Both the position numbers and the translations under genes were made by a program. This document shows positions 51,095 through 63,140 of a DNA stretch of 64,000 nucleotides, one piece after another. Source of the DNA: Felis catus (taxonomy: Eukaryota); the NCBI RefSeq assembly GCF_018350175.1, contig NC_058368.1:73100001-73164000 (forward strand), read 5' to 3'. A model generated the notes under the pieces. That model ran no database searches, was not told the origin of the DNA, and saw nothing but the letters and a program-made list of their open reading frames with translations. How positions within the stretch are numbered: position 1 is the stretch's first letter; every line of letters starts with the position of its first letter.

Positions 51095-51314
51095 GAGGTG
51101 GCTGAGTGGCTCAGTTGGTTGAGCCTCCTGCTCTTGGTTTTGGCTCAGGTCCTGATCTTGCAGTTCGTGGGATTGAGCCCCATGTTGGGCTCTGTGCTGA
51201 CAGTGTGGAGCCTGCATGGGTTTCTCTCTCTCCCTCTCTCTCTGCCCCTCCCCTGCTCGCTCTCTCTCTCCCTCTCTCTCTCTCTCAAAATAAATAAACT
51301 TAAAAAAATAAATA
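51095..51314 (+). mobile_element. Older Can-SINE (host of the next insertion)
   Basis: Diverged head and (CT)n tract. Outer TSD aa(g/a)aatata(c/t)cag closes after the second SINE. Confidence 0.95.
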
Positions 51315-51553
51315 GGGGCGCCTGGGTGGCGCAGTCAGTTAAGCGTCCGACTTCAGCCAGGTCACGATCTCGCGGTCCATGAGTTCGAGCCCCGCGTCGG
51401 GCTCTGGGCTGATGGCTCAGAGCCTGGAGCCTGTTTCCGATTCTGTGTCTGCCTCTCTCTCTGCCCCTCCCCCCTTCATGCTCTGTCTCTCTCTGTCTCA
51501 AAAATAAATAAAACGTTAAAAAAAATTTTTAAATAAATAAATAAATAAATAAA
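51315..51553 (+). mobile_element. Young SINEC_Fc inserted in the tail of an older SINE
   Basis: CpG-rich near-consensus body ggggcgcctgggtggcgcagtcagttaagcgtccgacttcagccaggtcacgatctcgcgg. Confidence 0.97.
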
Positions 51554-51639
51554 TAAAAATATATCAGTCAGTTGGATTGATTCAACACTCAGTAACCTTA
51601 AACAAATCTGTTGGTTAGTGGATTAACATCCCCAAGACA

Positions 51640-51858
51640 GAAGCACCTGGGTGGCTCAGTTGGTTAAGCATACAACTTCAGCTCAGGTCATGATCTCAGT
51701 GTGTGGGTTTGAGCCCCACTTCAGACGCTGTGCTGACAGCTCACAGCCTGGAGCCTGCTTCGGATTCTGTGTCTCCCTCTCTCACTGCCCCTCCCCCACT
51801 CGTGCTCTGTTCTGTCTCTCAAAACTGGTAAACTTTCAAAAAAAATTTTTTTAAAGAA
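51640..51858 (+). mobile_element. Can-SINE
   Basis: Full body with TSD aacatcccca(a/g)gaca. Confidence 0.96.
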
Positions 51859-52473
51859 AACATCCCCAGGACAATGCAGCGAGGGTGTGCAATGATAATA
51901 ATGATAAAGCATGTAGTTCTCTATTACATTTACTATGTTCAACGCTTTTATCTGTAAATTGGATTAAATGTCTAATTATTAAATTTGTATATGACACATA
52001 GATTCAAGAGATAAATATTGAAAAGTATTTTTAAATTATCCCAAAGCCTGAAATATTGGGTCGATATCAACAAGATAAAGTTTAACAAATATAAAAAGAT
52101 GAAATCCAGCTTTAGAGTTCAAAAGTTAAATTGTAGGATGGGGAGACAATCTAAAGATGCCATAAGTTGACATAGCCATAAAATGAAATGCTATATGCTC
52201 TATAAACTATATAGCTATTAAAATTTATTACATGATATAACTACATAACAGAAATTCAGAAAAGATAAGTAACCTACCCAGGGTCATATACCTTAGTAAG
52301 TCATAGTGGAACATAGGGCCCAGGCCCATCTGGATTCAAATCCTAGATTCATAATGACTATACACATTGCTTCCCAAGGCAGAACTGAATTATATTTACT
52401 AACATGAAGAGACTTTTAAATAGATAACAGAGTACAGACGTATATATATAAAATGAACACATGAACTCATGAC

Positions 52474-52485
52474 ACACATATACAA

Positions 52486-52516
<31 letters not shown>
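52474..52516. repeat. Imperfect (AC)n microsatellite within an old L1 3' remnant
   Basis: Repeat read directly; the L1 context is a weak resemblance only. Confidence 0.85.
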
Positions 52517-52517
<1 letters not shown>

Positions 52518-53044
52518 CAGCTCCTGGGAAAAAGTCTTTAAGGTTATAAAATTTTAATACTGGATATTTCTGGATGATGGCATTATTTGGTGATTTTAAA
52601 TTATCTTTTTTCATCTGAACTTTCTACTTTTGTATAATGATCATATATTGCTTGTATTGTTAAAATACATCATGCAAATAGCTAAGGCACTGCAGTGATC
52701 AGAGTTTTAGTATTAGTCAGCAGTGTGACTCACATGGTAAAATCATTAAAGCAGTTCTGATGTGTATTACAGAAAGACCGTTCTCAAATAGAGGAAGAGA
52801 GAACTTCCACGTGTTTTGTGCTGATACCCAGAACTCTGAACATCCAAAGTGGGTAGTCAGGACAGTAGGAAGTCTAGAGACCATATCTTATGAAGAAAAG
52901 CTAAGGAACTGAGCAGAGTTAGGAAATGAAAACAAAGGAGAAAACGCAGAGCAAAAGTGATCACGGACAGTCAAATGGGAAAGTTTAGAAGCAAAATTCT
53001 ATTTTTTTTAAAGTGTTATTCCAGAGAGCACACAGGATGAATAG

Positions 53045-53500
53045 ACTCACCAGTCATTCAACATGGAAGTCCCTCTAGACACCAGGCCCTATGATTGACA
53101 CCAGACACTTACAGTGACCCAAAAAACAGACACTGCCCCTAGAGAATTCACAGGTGAGTGAGTTATTCATCATATTACTACAAATAGTTACATAAGTACA
53201 GTGTGCAAAGTGTCCTGAAAGAGAAGTACAGTGCTCCAGGAGCAAATGGCAGAGCAGCTTGGCCTGGGTGTCATGGAGGGTCTCTCTGTGGTGAAAAGGT
53301 GGTCATGTACAAGCTGACACTTGAAGGATGACCAGAAGTTGGCTTGGTAGAAGGGGGCAATCCAAGTTGCCCTAGCAATGAAACACACCTGAACAAACAT
53401 GCTGCAAGATCCAGAGTGACAGAACTGTCAGTTTGTGGTGATTCACTGGGGTCAGCTACAGAGGTGAAATCTGGTCTATGAAAACCAGGTGGAGCTCAAG
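53045..53500 (-). mobile_element. L2 3' fragment
   Basis: Antisense L2 end (cagtcattcaaca...caccaggccct...aaacagacactgcccct). Confidence 0.65.
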
Positions 53501-53539
53501 AGCAAATAGTCTACTTTTGACCCAAAATTGGAATGAGAT

Positions 53540-54086
53540 TGAAGGGTAGCAGAATATGCCATCCCAAAATACGCCACTTTGGTATAATGATTATTTTTAG
53601 CTATAGACACTTGAAAAATAACAAATGCAGGGAGAAGTTTTCTCCAAATTCCTCTTATCTCCTTGAAGAGAGATTTTCCAAAAGGAACTCAATTGTCACA
53701 AATCCCCTTCCCTGCAGTTTTACCAACTAGAGAGGATTGATTCTTACCATGGAATGGAGACTATTACATTACTCAACATTACAGCCAGGCAAACTTTGTC
53801 ACAAACCATCATACCTCCCATCTATTCTTCTGAGGGCCATTCATCTTTCCTAAAAATCATTTAGTGTCTCCTAAGATCCTACATCCTCACCCCCTTTCCC
53901 TATTAAGATGGTATTGAAGTCTAAATTCAGGTCCACCTCTGGGAGTTACTCATTTCTCCCTGTCTCCCATGTACACATGAGTTACACCTATTAATAAACT
54001 TGATTGTTTTTCTCTTGTTAATCTTTTATTACAGGGGTCTCAGCTAACAACTCTGAAGAGTACAGGGAAAATTTTTCTTCTCCTAT
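53540..54086 (+). mobile_element. ERV1 solo LTR, MER34/MER39 family-like
   Basis: 5' tgaagggtagcagaatatgccatcccaaaatacgccactttgg and 3' ttaataaacttgattgtttttctcttgttaatct...gggaaaatttttcttctccta. Confidence 0.85.
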
Positions 54087-54919
54087 TGGATCATGTGATT
54101 CTGATTTGTCATAGATAGGGAGTCCATTATCAACATAAGCAAAGGGAATGGATACTTAAAAACATAAACAGTTATGATCTCCTGAGGGCTAACCTATATC
54201 TATTTAAAACTGCAAAACATTTTAGTGATCGAGAAAGGATAGGATACAGTAGTATCTCTAAGAATGCAGATAACCCTAAGTAATCTTTACTCGGTAAAAA
54301 AATGCAATCTGATAGGGACACCTCAAGAGGATATGTGAATGAGCAGGAAATTCACAGATAAGCTCTGATGTGGGCAACTATAAAATTATACATTTATGCA
54401 AAATAATTCAAATGTCCCTTGTAGAAAGATGAGTTCCAAGAAATCAGTTAGAGCTCAGAAAAGGATCTAAAAGTCAGATATTCCCTAAAAATGCGTTACT
54501 ACAATCCAAAGAGCATATCAAATGCTAAGTGACCCTGGATTTTTGACAGCTGTGGCATATGTAAGTAACCTATGCTTAAGGCACAGATGTCCTGAAAGAA
54601 GGGAACCTTGAGAGATGGCATGAGATGAAGCATGAGGGAAACCGAGTCTCACGTGGTTTGAAACAAAGAAAAAAATGCCCAGGAAGAGAAGTAAAAGAAA
54701 GAGGAGGTATTTTCCCTTCATCCATCAGTGCAGAATGTGAATTAAGGAAGACAAGGTAGGACCATGAGAAGTAAACAATGCAAAAATTAAATAGAAACAG
54801 CAAATGCAAACAAACAAAAAAGAATATCTAAAGGAAGGAAGCCTGAGCATGAAAAAAATTACAGAGGTAATCAAGAAATATCTACCACCAGATAATGCCA
54901 AAGATAGTTTATTGTAGAA

Positions 54920-55115
54920 AATTGGTTCTCAAAATATGGTCTCTTTGTGACGTAACAACATCATCTAGGAACTTTTAGAAATGCAAAACCTCTCTCAAAG
55001 CCTCAGATATATTGCATGAGATCTACTGAATCAGAAACTCTGCAGCCCAAAAACCTGTGATTTAGTAAGCCCTCTGGATGATTCTGATGCACACTCAAAT
55101 TTGGGAACCACTACT
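54920..55115. mobile_element. MER5A-like hAT-Charlie element
   Basis: ggttctcaaa ... tagaaatgcaaa ... ctactgaatcagaaactctg ... gattctgatgcacactcaaatttgggaaccact. Confidence 0.85.
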
Positions 55116-55344
55116 CTAGAAACCAACAGCTATGAAGACACTATGAAACTTAAGAAGAGCACCCCCACCTCCCAGGTCTGGGTAGTAACCAAGGAAGTTG
55201 GGTTTATAGGCATCCTCATCAGTCAAAGGGCCTTTGATATTACCTTAGCAAAAAGATACTTCTTCCTCATCAATCTCTTCTTACTGCAACCTTAAATACA
55301 AGTTTCTATCCTAACACAATGCTTCCCACAGGCTATGTCTAAAC

Positions 55345-55563
55345 CAGTGGTTCTGAACTTGGGCCATTTTGCCTCTCAGGAAATGTATCACATAATGAGA
55401 GATATTTTTAGTTGTCAGAACTGGGGAATGGAGGGGTGCTACTGGCATGTACTGGGTAAAGACCAAGGATGCTGCTAAACATTCTACAATACACAGGAAA
55501 GCCCCCCACAATAAGGAGCTATTCAGCCCAAAATGTCAGTAGTTCTGCAACTGAGAAACTCTG
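55345..55563. mobile_element. MER20 hAT-Charlie element
   Basis: cagtggttctgaac ... gtgctactggcat ... ggatgctgctaaacattctacaat ... gcccaaaatgtcagtag ... tgagaaactctg. Confidence 0.9.
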
Positions 55564-56273
55564 ATGTAGATCAATTGCCCTGGGAACCAAATTCACACCA
55601 AAACTCATCTATTTTCTCCTCCATTCCTCCAACATAAATTGGTTTCACTACAATTTGTGAGCTCCTGGTTCCATTGATATAGTCAAACCCCACTTTTATA
55701 CTCCGACTTCTCCATATCTGCCCTCCATCTATTCACCTTAATTATATATGGCTTTTCTCAGGTGATACAACCTTCCATGTCAACATTCATTCTGTCATTT
55801 AAAGATCCCGAAAGAGAATTGATGTCATGTTATTAGCACTTCATCTTTTCTGACTTGAACATGTTCTATCAACATAGAAAGATAGTTTCCATAATAATGC
55901 CACTTGGTAGGGAGTTGTAAAACTCTGCAAATTTCCACTCCACAGAGATAATACAAAGTGTATACTTCCACAGAATTTTTTTTTTCCTTTTCATCAACAG
56001 AAATTTCAAAGCAAGAAGCTGAGAGTTGAACTTTTCCAGGAATAAGGTTAAAAACCCTGAACACATCTGGTTCCTTGGTTTTACCTAAACATAACATAAT
56101 ATGAACCCACAGATTTGGGTTAAAGTGGGATACATTCTGAGTACTCTACGGGAATTTGGGTGCAACAAACCTGTGAAGTATCTTAAAAATAGTACTTCCA
56201 CTAATCAGCAGTCCCATAGAAATAATAAACCCTATTTTTCTCCTTCAGAGTGAATACTAAGTGATACTAAGGA

Positions 56274-56276
56274 GAT

Positions 56277-56326
<50 letters not shown>

Positions 56327-56405
56327 TATGTATATATGTCTAAAATATATATATATCTAAACTAGATATATATGTATATATATACACACATATGTGTGTG
56401 TGTGC

Positions 56406-56462
<57 letters not shown>

Positions 56463-56492
56463 CATCTAAATTAGATATATATATCTAAATTA
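56274..56492. repeat. Compound (TA)n/(TG)n tract with recurring tctaaa units
   Basis: Read directly. Confidence 0.98.
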
Positions 56493-56970
56493 TGACCTGC
56501 TATTTTCAGATAGAAGCCTGAGAAGGGAATGGAGGCAAGAGTGAATATAGACTATGGGTGACCTATTAAAACCACATGCTTGTGAAAATATTCATTAGCA
56601 GTGAATTAATACCATATTTACCAAAGCCCCTTGTGATAGCACACAGCAGGAAATTTAACTTGTCAGTAGTCATTTTCATCTGAGCATAGAGGCTGCCCCC
56701 AAATGCTACCAGAACCATCTGCAAAAATTTACCTCTTCAAAGGGCTTAAAGAAAGAAGCTATCAGAGCATTACAGAAATTATCCCTTGAGCCCATTTGGA
56801 GCAAGACAGATTCATCTCTCTACATGCCAGCCTGGGTAGAAATTTCTGATGCCTCTCATTTTTAACCAACTCTGCATTCCTATATCATATAGTATAACTT
56901 CTACATCTTCCCTGGCAAATGGTAGAACTTACTGGGGCAAAAAGTTCCTCTTTGTATTTAGAAAAGCCAA

Positions 56971-56997
56971 GTGCTCGCTTCGGCAGCACATATACTA
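56971..56997 (+). pseudogene. RNU6: 3'-truncated (tailless) U6 snRNA retropseudogene
   Basis: GTGCTCGCTTCGGCAGCACATATACTA is the first 27 nt of U6 snRNA. Flanked by agaaaag(c/t)caa direct repeats. Confidence 0.95.
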
Positions 56998-57715
56998 GAA
57001 AAGTCAAGCTGGCCTTTATACAGAACACACAAAGGGGCAAATCAGTCCGTTGACAACCATTTTCTAACACTCCATGTATTTAGGTATACAACAATGACAT
57101 GAGAATTTAAAGGAAGCTAGGTGGGAATAACAAAGTAAAGAGTGGTATAACACTCAGCCATATTTCATAAGTTAGTTTTCTACACATGTATGGTCATGAC
57201 CACTGCCTCTCTCTCACCAACTTAAACTCAAGGTCATTCCAACCTAACTTGCCTCAGGGAGCAATGATTCTTCCCATATTTTCAGCATCAACATCACCTT
57301 TGTCTTTTTTCAAATGGACTTGCATTCACGCTGTTCTCCTTTCTTCTGTTTGTCCTCCTGCAGCCATATGGCTTCCACTCCTTCCTTATACTTCTCTTCA
57401 GCCCCTTCTTCCTTCCTACCCCTCTTCCAACCATCGCCTCAGGAAAAGTGTTCTTCCTCTCCCACTTCTCAATATCTTGCTATGATTCTTCATTATGTGA
57501 GTCAAAGATAAAGACCAGGATTTTGGTAAAATGTTGTAAAAATACAGTCGTAAGTACAATTATACACAATTTTAAAAATTGGAAAAAGTCACTGAAAATC
57601 CCCCAAATTCCCCTTTGGAATCTTAAAACAAAACAAAGCAAAATAAAAGTCCCATCTTCTTCCTAGTCTTTCTCTAGTTAGATGTGCTTTTTTCTCCTTA
57701 AAAATATGTTCAAAT

Positions 57716-57943
57716 GGGGCGCCTGGGTGGCGCAGTCGGTTAAGCGTCCGACTTCAGCCAGGTCACGATCTTGCGGTCTGTGAGTTCGAGCCCCGCGTCA
57801 GGCTCTGGGCTGATGGCTCAGAGCCTGGAGCCTGCTTCCGATTCTGTGTCTCCTTCTCTCTCTGCCCCTCCCCCATTCATGCTCTGTCTCTCTCTGTCTC
57901 AAAAATAAATAAATGTTAAAAAAAAAATTTAAAAAAAAAAAAA
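57716..57943 (+). mobile_element. Young SINEC_Fc
   Basis: Near-consensus CpG-rich body, long A tail, perfect 16-bp TSD aaaaatatgttcaaat. Confidence 0.98.
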
Positions 57944-58074
57944 AAAAATATGTTCAAATCATATTCTTTACACAATTCTACAATGTCTACTTTGCTTAAA
58001 ATCATATTTTTAAATAGTGTTTCATGAGAAATTTTCAGAGAGTATTCCAGCTGATTAAACAGGGTTTGAGGGGG

Positions 58075-58775
58075 TGTATTAGTTATGGGTAATAAATTAC
58101 TACAAAATTTAGTGGTTTCACAAGAAACAGACTCTTTCACTATAGAGAACAAACTGATGGTTACCAGAAGTGGGGGATGGGTAAAATAGGTGATGGCGAT
58201 TAAGGAGTACACTTATCATGATGAGTAGTAGTAATACATTGAAACTAATATAACACTGTATGTTCACCACACTGGAATTAAAATTAAAAACTTAATAAAA
58301 TTACAAAATTTAGTGGCTTAAAATAACAAACCTTTATTATGTGACATGTTCTGTTGGTCAGTAGTTCAGGAGCAGCTTATCCACGTGGTTCTGGCTCAGT
58401 CTCTCGTGAGGTTGCAGTCAGGATATCAACCAGCATATGACTTGATGGGAACGGAATAGTCCACTTCCAAGATGGCGCACTCAGAAGCTATTTGCAAGAG
58501 GCCTCCATTCTCCATCATGTGGGCCCCTCCACAGGCCACCTAAGTGTCCACAGGCAGCAGGCTTCCCTCAGTATGAGGAAACCAGGACCAAAGGAGAAAA
58601 GGGAGTCGGGTTGCCTTTTATAACCTAGTCTCTGAAGTCACATTCAGTCACTTCTGCTTTTTTTCCCATTCCTTAGAAGTCACCAAATCCAGCCAGCACT
58701 GAAGGGAGAGGAATTAGGCTCCACCATTCAAAAGAAGTGTCAAAGAATCTCTGGATGTATTTCAAACCACCTCAG
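58075..58775 (-). mobile_element. MaLR solo LTR (MLT1G/H-like), interrupted by an L1 3' end
   Basis: Antisense MLT1 motifs (aaatttagtggcttaaaataacaa; ggttctggctcagtctctcgtgaggttgcagtcag; gaattaggctccacc...atttcaaaccacctca). Confidence 0.8.
58120..58300 (+). mobile_element. Carnivore L1 3' UTR fragment
   Basis: aagaaacagactctttcactatagagaacaaactgatggttaccaga...gaaactaatataacactgtatgtt...aattaaaa. TSD tacaaaatttagtgg (58101-58115 and 58302-58316). Confidence 0.9.
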
Positions 58776-59689
58776 TGGGCAAGGCTTGAATCCAAGTCCC
58801 ACTTCTGATATTATTTTCCCAGGGGAAAAACATGTACTGTAATCTACCTACAAGCATATGTTTAAAACTCAACTTTTCTGCAAGGGGGATACACCCCATA
58901 ATGGCAAATATGGCTAGGAAGTTGCCAAATATTACAATGTGGTATTGAGACTTTTAAACTTGAAAGCTACAAGTTTATAGCTTTCACATTACAAAATAAT
59001 CAATATTTATATCTATATATACACATACATCTCCAACACTTTAATTCAACAAGTTAATTTGAAAATTAAAATAACTATAGAACACCAGTTGGGTTCTAGA
59101 GAAAATAACGATCAGATGACTTGTGGGTAAAAATAAGGGGAAATTTTAAGTACCAAGGAGACAAGTTGTTTTAATAGTTCATAAACCTTGTCTACATTTA
59201 CTCTAGGACAAGTCCATCATTAGCCATCAGTGATCACATAATCACATAATCAGGGCTTCTTTTAAGATACAAGTGAATAAAATAATGTGACTCTTGGAGA
59301 TTAACGTTTTCCTCTCAACATATCCTCTCTTATAATATATTGTTCTAATGCCCACTTCCTTCCCATTCTCTTTTTCTATCTTTCCTGTACTGGAGGGAAA
59401 GAAGGTGCCTTGAAACAGAAGAGCTTGGATTTACTTTCCTCCTCTAAAAATACCACATGAAACTCTGGTCTGAATTCTAAAATGTCTTGCCTAAAACAAT
59501 TAGAGTCCAGTGTCCTGCTCACAATGAATCAAAAACTATTCTATCTAAAAATAAAAGCAATATACCTGGTAAGAAGGTATATTTTACTTATTAAAAATAT
59601 CATACAAAGCCCATGAAAGCATGAACATTTAGGGTGCTAATAAATTTTTTCTGTCTTTCCATATATTCTCTCTCAATCTCTTTTGGGGG

Positions 59690-61140
59690 CTTTTTTTCAC
59701 CATCCAGGTCTTCACTGTTGGTGTTACTTAGGGTTCTGTGTATGGTCCCTTCTCTTCTTATTTAAAATGCTTTCCTTGGTATCTTGTCAACTCCCATGGC
59801 TTCAATCTCAGCTAAATGTGACCATTCCCAATGCTGAACCCCAGCTTCAGTCCCTCCTCTAAGCTTCTGACACAGATATCCAACTGCCTATTGAAAAGCT
59901 TCACTTAGAAGCCCCAGAGGTCCTTCAGACTCAAAATATCCTAACCTGAATGTTATCTTCTCCACAAAAACTCTTCCTCAGGTACCAACTGGTACAATTA
60001 CCCTGGATTCAAGCTTCCCTCTCACACCTCCACGCTCCCCCTATTCAATCAATCACCAATACTTCCTCACTCTACTTTCTGTCCAAGTAGATAGATCAGA
60101 TGGATCTTTTCAATCTACTCCCATCTCCAGGACCCCCATCACCCTCCACTTGGATTGCATATCAGTAGCCTTTTAACTAACGGTCCCTTCTTACAGTCTT
60201 GACTCCTCAAATCCATTCTTCACATTGCAGCTAGAGTGCTTTTCCTAATTTTACTAGTTGTCTACTTAAAATCCTCTGTGGCTTCCACATTGCTATAGAC
60301 TGACTGTTTGCATCCCCCTCAAAAAAAAATCATATGTTTAAGACCTACTCTCCAAAGTGATGGTATTTGGAGGTGAGACTTTGGGAGCTAATTGGGTCAT
60401 GAGGGTAGAGCCCTCATGAGTGGCATTAATGCCCTTATAAGAAGAGACAAAAGGGAAAAGATCTCCGTGTCTCTCTCCCTCCGTGCCCCCCCCCCAACCC
60501 TCAGCCATGTGAGGATACAGCAAAAAGCAGCTGCCTACAAGTCTGGAAGCAGGCTCTGACCAGACATCAGACCTGCCAGGACCTTGATTCTTGAACATCC
60601 CAGCCTCCAAAACTGTGAGAAATAAATGTTCATTGGCTAAGCCATTCAGTCTATGGTATTTTGTCATAGCAGCCCAAACTGACTAAGACACACTTCAACC
60701 ATCAGACAGAGTCCAAATTTGTTTTCCTAGTTGTACAAGGCTTGCTTTGGCCTCATTCTAATTTCTCCTCTATGTTCCCTTCCAGCAGCTTTCTGCCCTT
60801 ACCTCTCCACTGGTGTCACAATTGGTAGACACACTCAAATCAATATTGTTGAAAGAATTAAATACACACCTCTGTGTGCATTCCCCCTTTGGAGATGAAG
60901 CCTTTTCCCTCTCATTCATTTGGTACAATCTGCTCCCCCTTTGAGACTGAAGAGTTACCTTCTTTGTAAAAATGTCCTTGACCTCTCCTCACAACCCAGC
61001 ACAACTGACCATGCCCTTCTCCATTTCATCATTGACCCATACCCCTAAACATATTCTCACCTTTTTCTCACTGTAATGTAACTTTTTTGCCACTTTGCCA
61101 GCCTTGAAGAAGCATGTCTTTTTCAGCAGTATCCCAGTAT
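59690..61140 (+). mobile_element. L2 remnant interrupted by an MLT1A LTR
   Basis: L2 motifs (actcccatggcttcaat; tccattcttcacattgcagctagagtgcttttcct) on both sides of the LTR. Confidence 0.7.
60291..60690 (+). mobile_element. MaLR solo LTR (MLT1A-like)
   Basis: tgctatagactgactgttt ... ggtcatgagggtagagccctcatga ... cagcctccaaaactgtgagaaataaatgtt ... tagcagcccaaactgactaagaca. Near-match 5-bp TSD cacat/cactt. Confidence 0.92.
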
Positions 61141-62659
61141 CAAAGACCTATTACTTACAAGATCCCCAGTAAATCTGGGGTTGAAGGAAGGAAGTAGCAA
61201 AACCAATAAGAACAGAGCAACAGACTAGCATGTTTTCTAACAGAGATGCTGACAAAACATGGACTTAAATAGATGGTGGGAAAGGAACAAACGTATTTGG
61301 CTTTTAAAGTCCCATTAGCATAATTTGCAATGAAATTCGCATGACTATATTTCACAGGTATTACAACACTGAAGTCTTCTGTACAAGTTTGCTTGGGTTC
61401 TGGCAACATGTTCCAAAGGATAAGTCAGTGGGGTGAGTGCAAATGTAATAATAGGGTTTGCTGTGTAACAGGATGTTGCTGTGCTGCTATTGCCTCCACC
61501 AGATGGTGAGTCCTGCAAAGTATACACCATTGGCTGGAAGTTGAGAGTGCTGATACAGTGGGAATGTTTGCTTATGGCCAATTTAAAAGCCCCCTCTCGT
61601 ATGAGACAGGATGTGTGGAACTGCTATGTGAATTAACGCAGTCTGCACATCCTCCCCAATTTAGACAAACATGAATATTCTACAGAAGGAGTAGAATTTT
61701 AAGGAGTTCTACTCTCTAGTGTTACAAAATTATTATTTATTTACAGTATATTCCCCAGTGTGTGACTTGTCTTCAGAATGTAATACACTTTGAATACAAT
61801 GTATTTATAGAATTATTTGTAAGAATTCTTCCTTAAAATTAATTTTTTTAAAAAATCACAGGAAAAGCTCATAGCAATTTGACAAAATGCAATAATAAAT
61901 TGCCTTACGACTAATTCAGTCCTAAGATTTTCGTTCCATCTCATGCCACTTTACAGAGAGAGCACGTAACAGGGCCACGTCCCCATCCCTCCTGGACATC
62001 CATTTTATTGCCCCTTAGAAGTCACTTGCTCAGGATATAATTTATAGAGCTTTTCACAAAATGGTGTTACTACCTGAAGTGAGGTCAAAGCAGACTTTTA
62101 AGTAGATAATTGGAAAAAAAAGAAAGTGATGAATATTTCAACAAAGAATGGAGACTTTTATGAATCCTTGCTGGGAAGCAATTGAAATGTCACAGCCATC
62201 TCAGCAGAAGGCAAAGGCAGACCCAGAAAGCATCACCTCTTCCTTAACACAACTTTCTGCTACTTACAACAGGTGATGCTACTTGCAACAATGATGCAAT
62301 GTTCAACAAGATTGCCAAGTTCCTTCCAAGAATAACTGAAGCAATTATACATAAACTTGGAACTTCAGGTTTGAAATCCTTTTATTTGTCTGATCTTTAC
62401 CAAACACAGTATTCAAAAAGCTCCTATCCACCTCTCACCTGACAAAAGAAAAGTGAGAATTAATGAGTCAAACATGGAGACTCCCCTAAGTTGTGTGTTA
62501 CATAGAATCTATCATTAATAACGAGAAACCTGAAAAATTTTTCCATGTGGATAAAGATCTAGCAGTCTAGACAAAAATATACCAGCCTCAACACTTGAAA
62601 GTATGATTATGCCCCTTTACCCTAAATGTCACGTATCCCACTGTCCACTCTCACTGAAT

Positions 62660-63140
62660 CACACAACTGAAACGCAATTCCATTTCCATTAGTAGGGGAC
62701 TGGTTAAATAAATTATCCTATTACTTTAAATACTATTTATTTTTGTATTTATTTCATCTCTTCTAAGTAGATTCCTACAGTGGAAAATTGGCAGCTATTT
62801 TAAAAAATGATCCAATTCTCAATACACTGATATGGATTTCTGAAATTGAAATACAATTATAACTTATTAATTGAAAAAAGAAAATTTCATAACAATTTAT
62901 AAAGTATGATTTTATTCTATAAAATACTAATATATATGTTTGTATATTCATTATAAACTATATAGAAAGAGAAGGAGATTCATTTGTGTAGATACTTATA
63001 AATATCTGCAAAACTGCATTTCAAACTGTCTCTACCAGTTGCAGAGGAATAGGGACCAATGTATGTTCTACATTGTAAATCTCAACTGTTCCATTTTAAC
63101 AAACTTGGACTACTTTTATTATAGTGTTTTTTTAATAAAA
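62660..63140 (+). mobile_element. Ancient L1M(E) 3' end remnant
   Basis: ccattagtaggggactggttaaataaattat ... ttaattgaaaaaag ... AT-rich, ending taataaaa. Confidence 0.6.

Noticed and set aside
50927..51501. 151-aa and 118-aa ORFs
   Set aside because: They run through a Tigger end and two SINEs; the peptides are typical SINE translations (GAWVAQSVKRPTSA...).
56971..56997. Functional U6 snRNA gene
   Set aside because: Only 27 of about 107 nt are present, with no evident upstream PSE/TATA arrangement, and it is flanked by a TSD.
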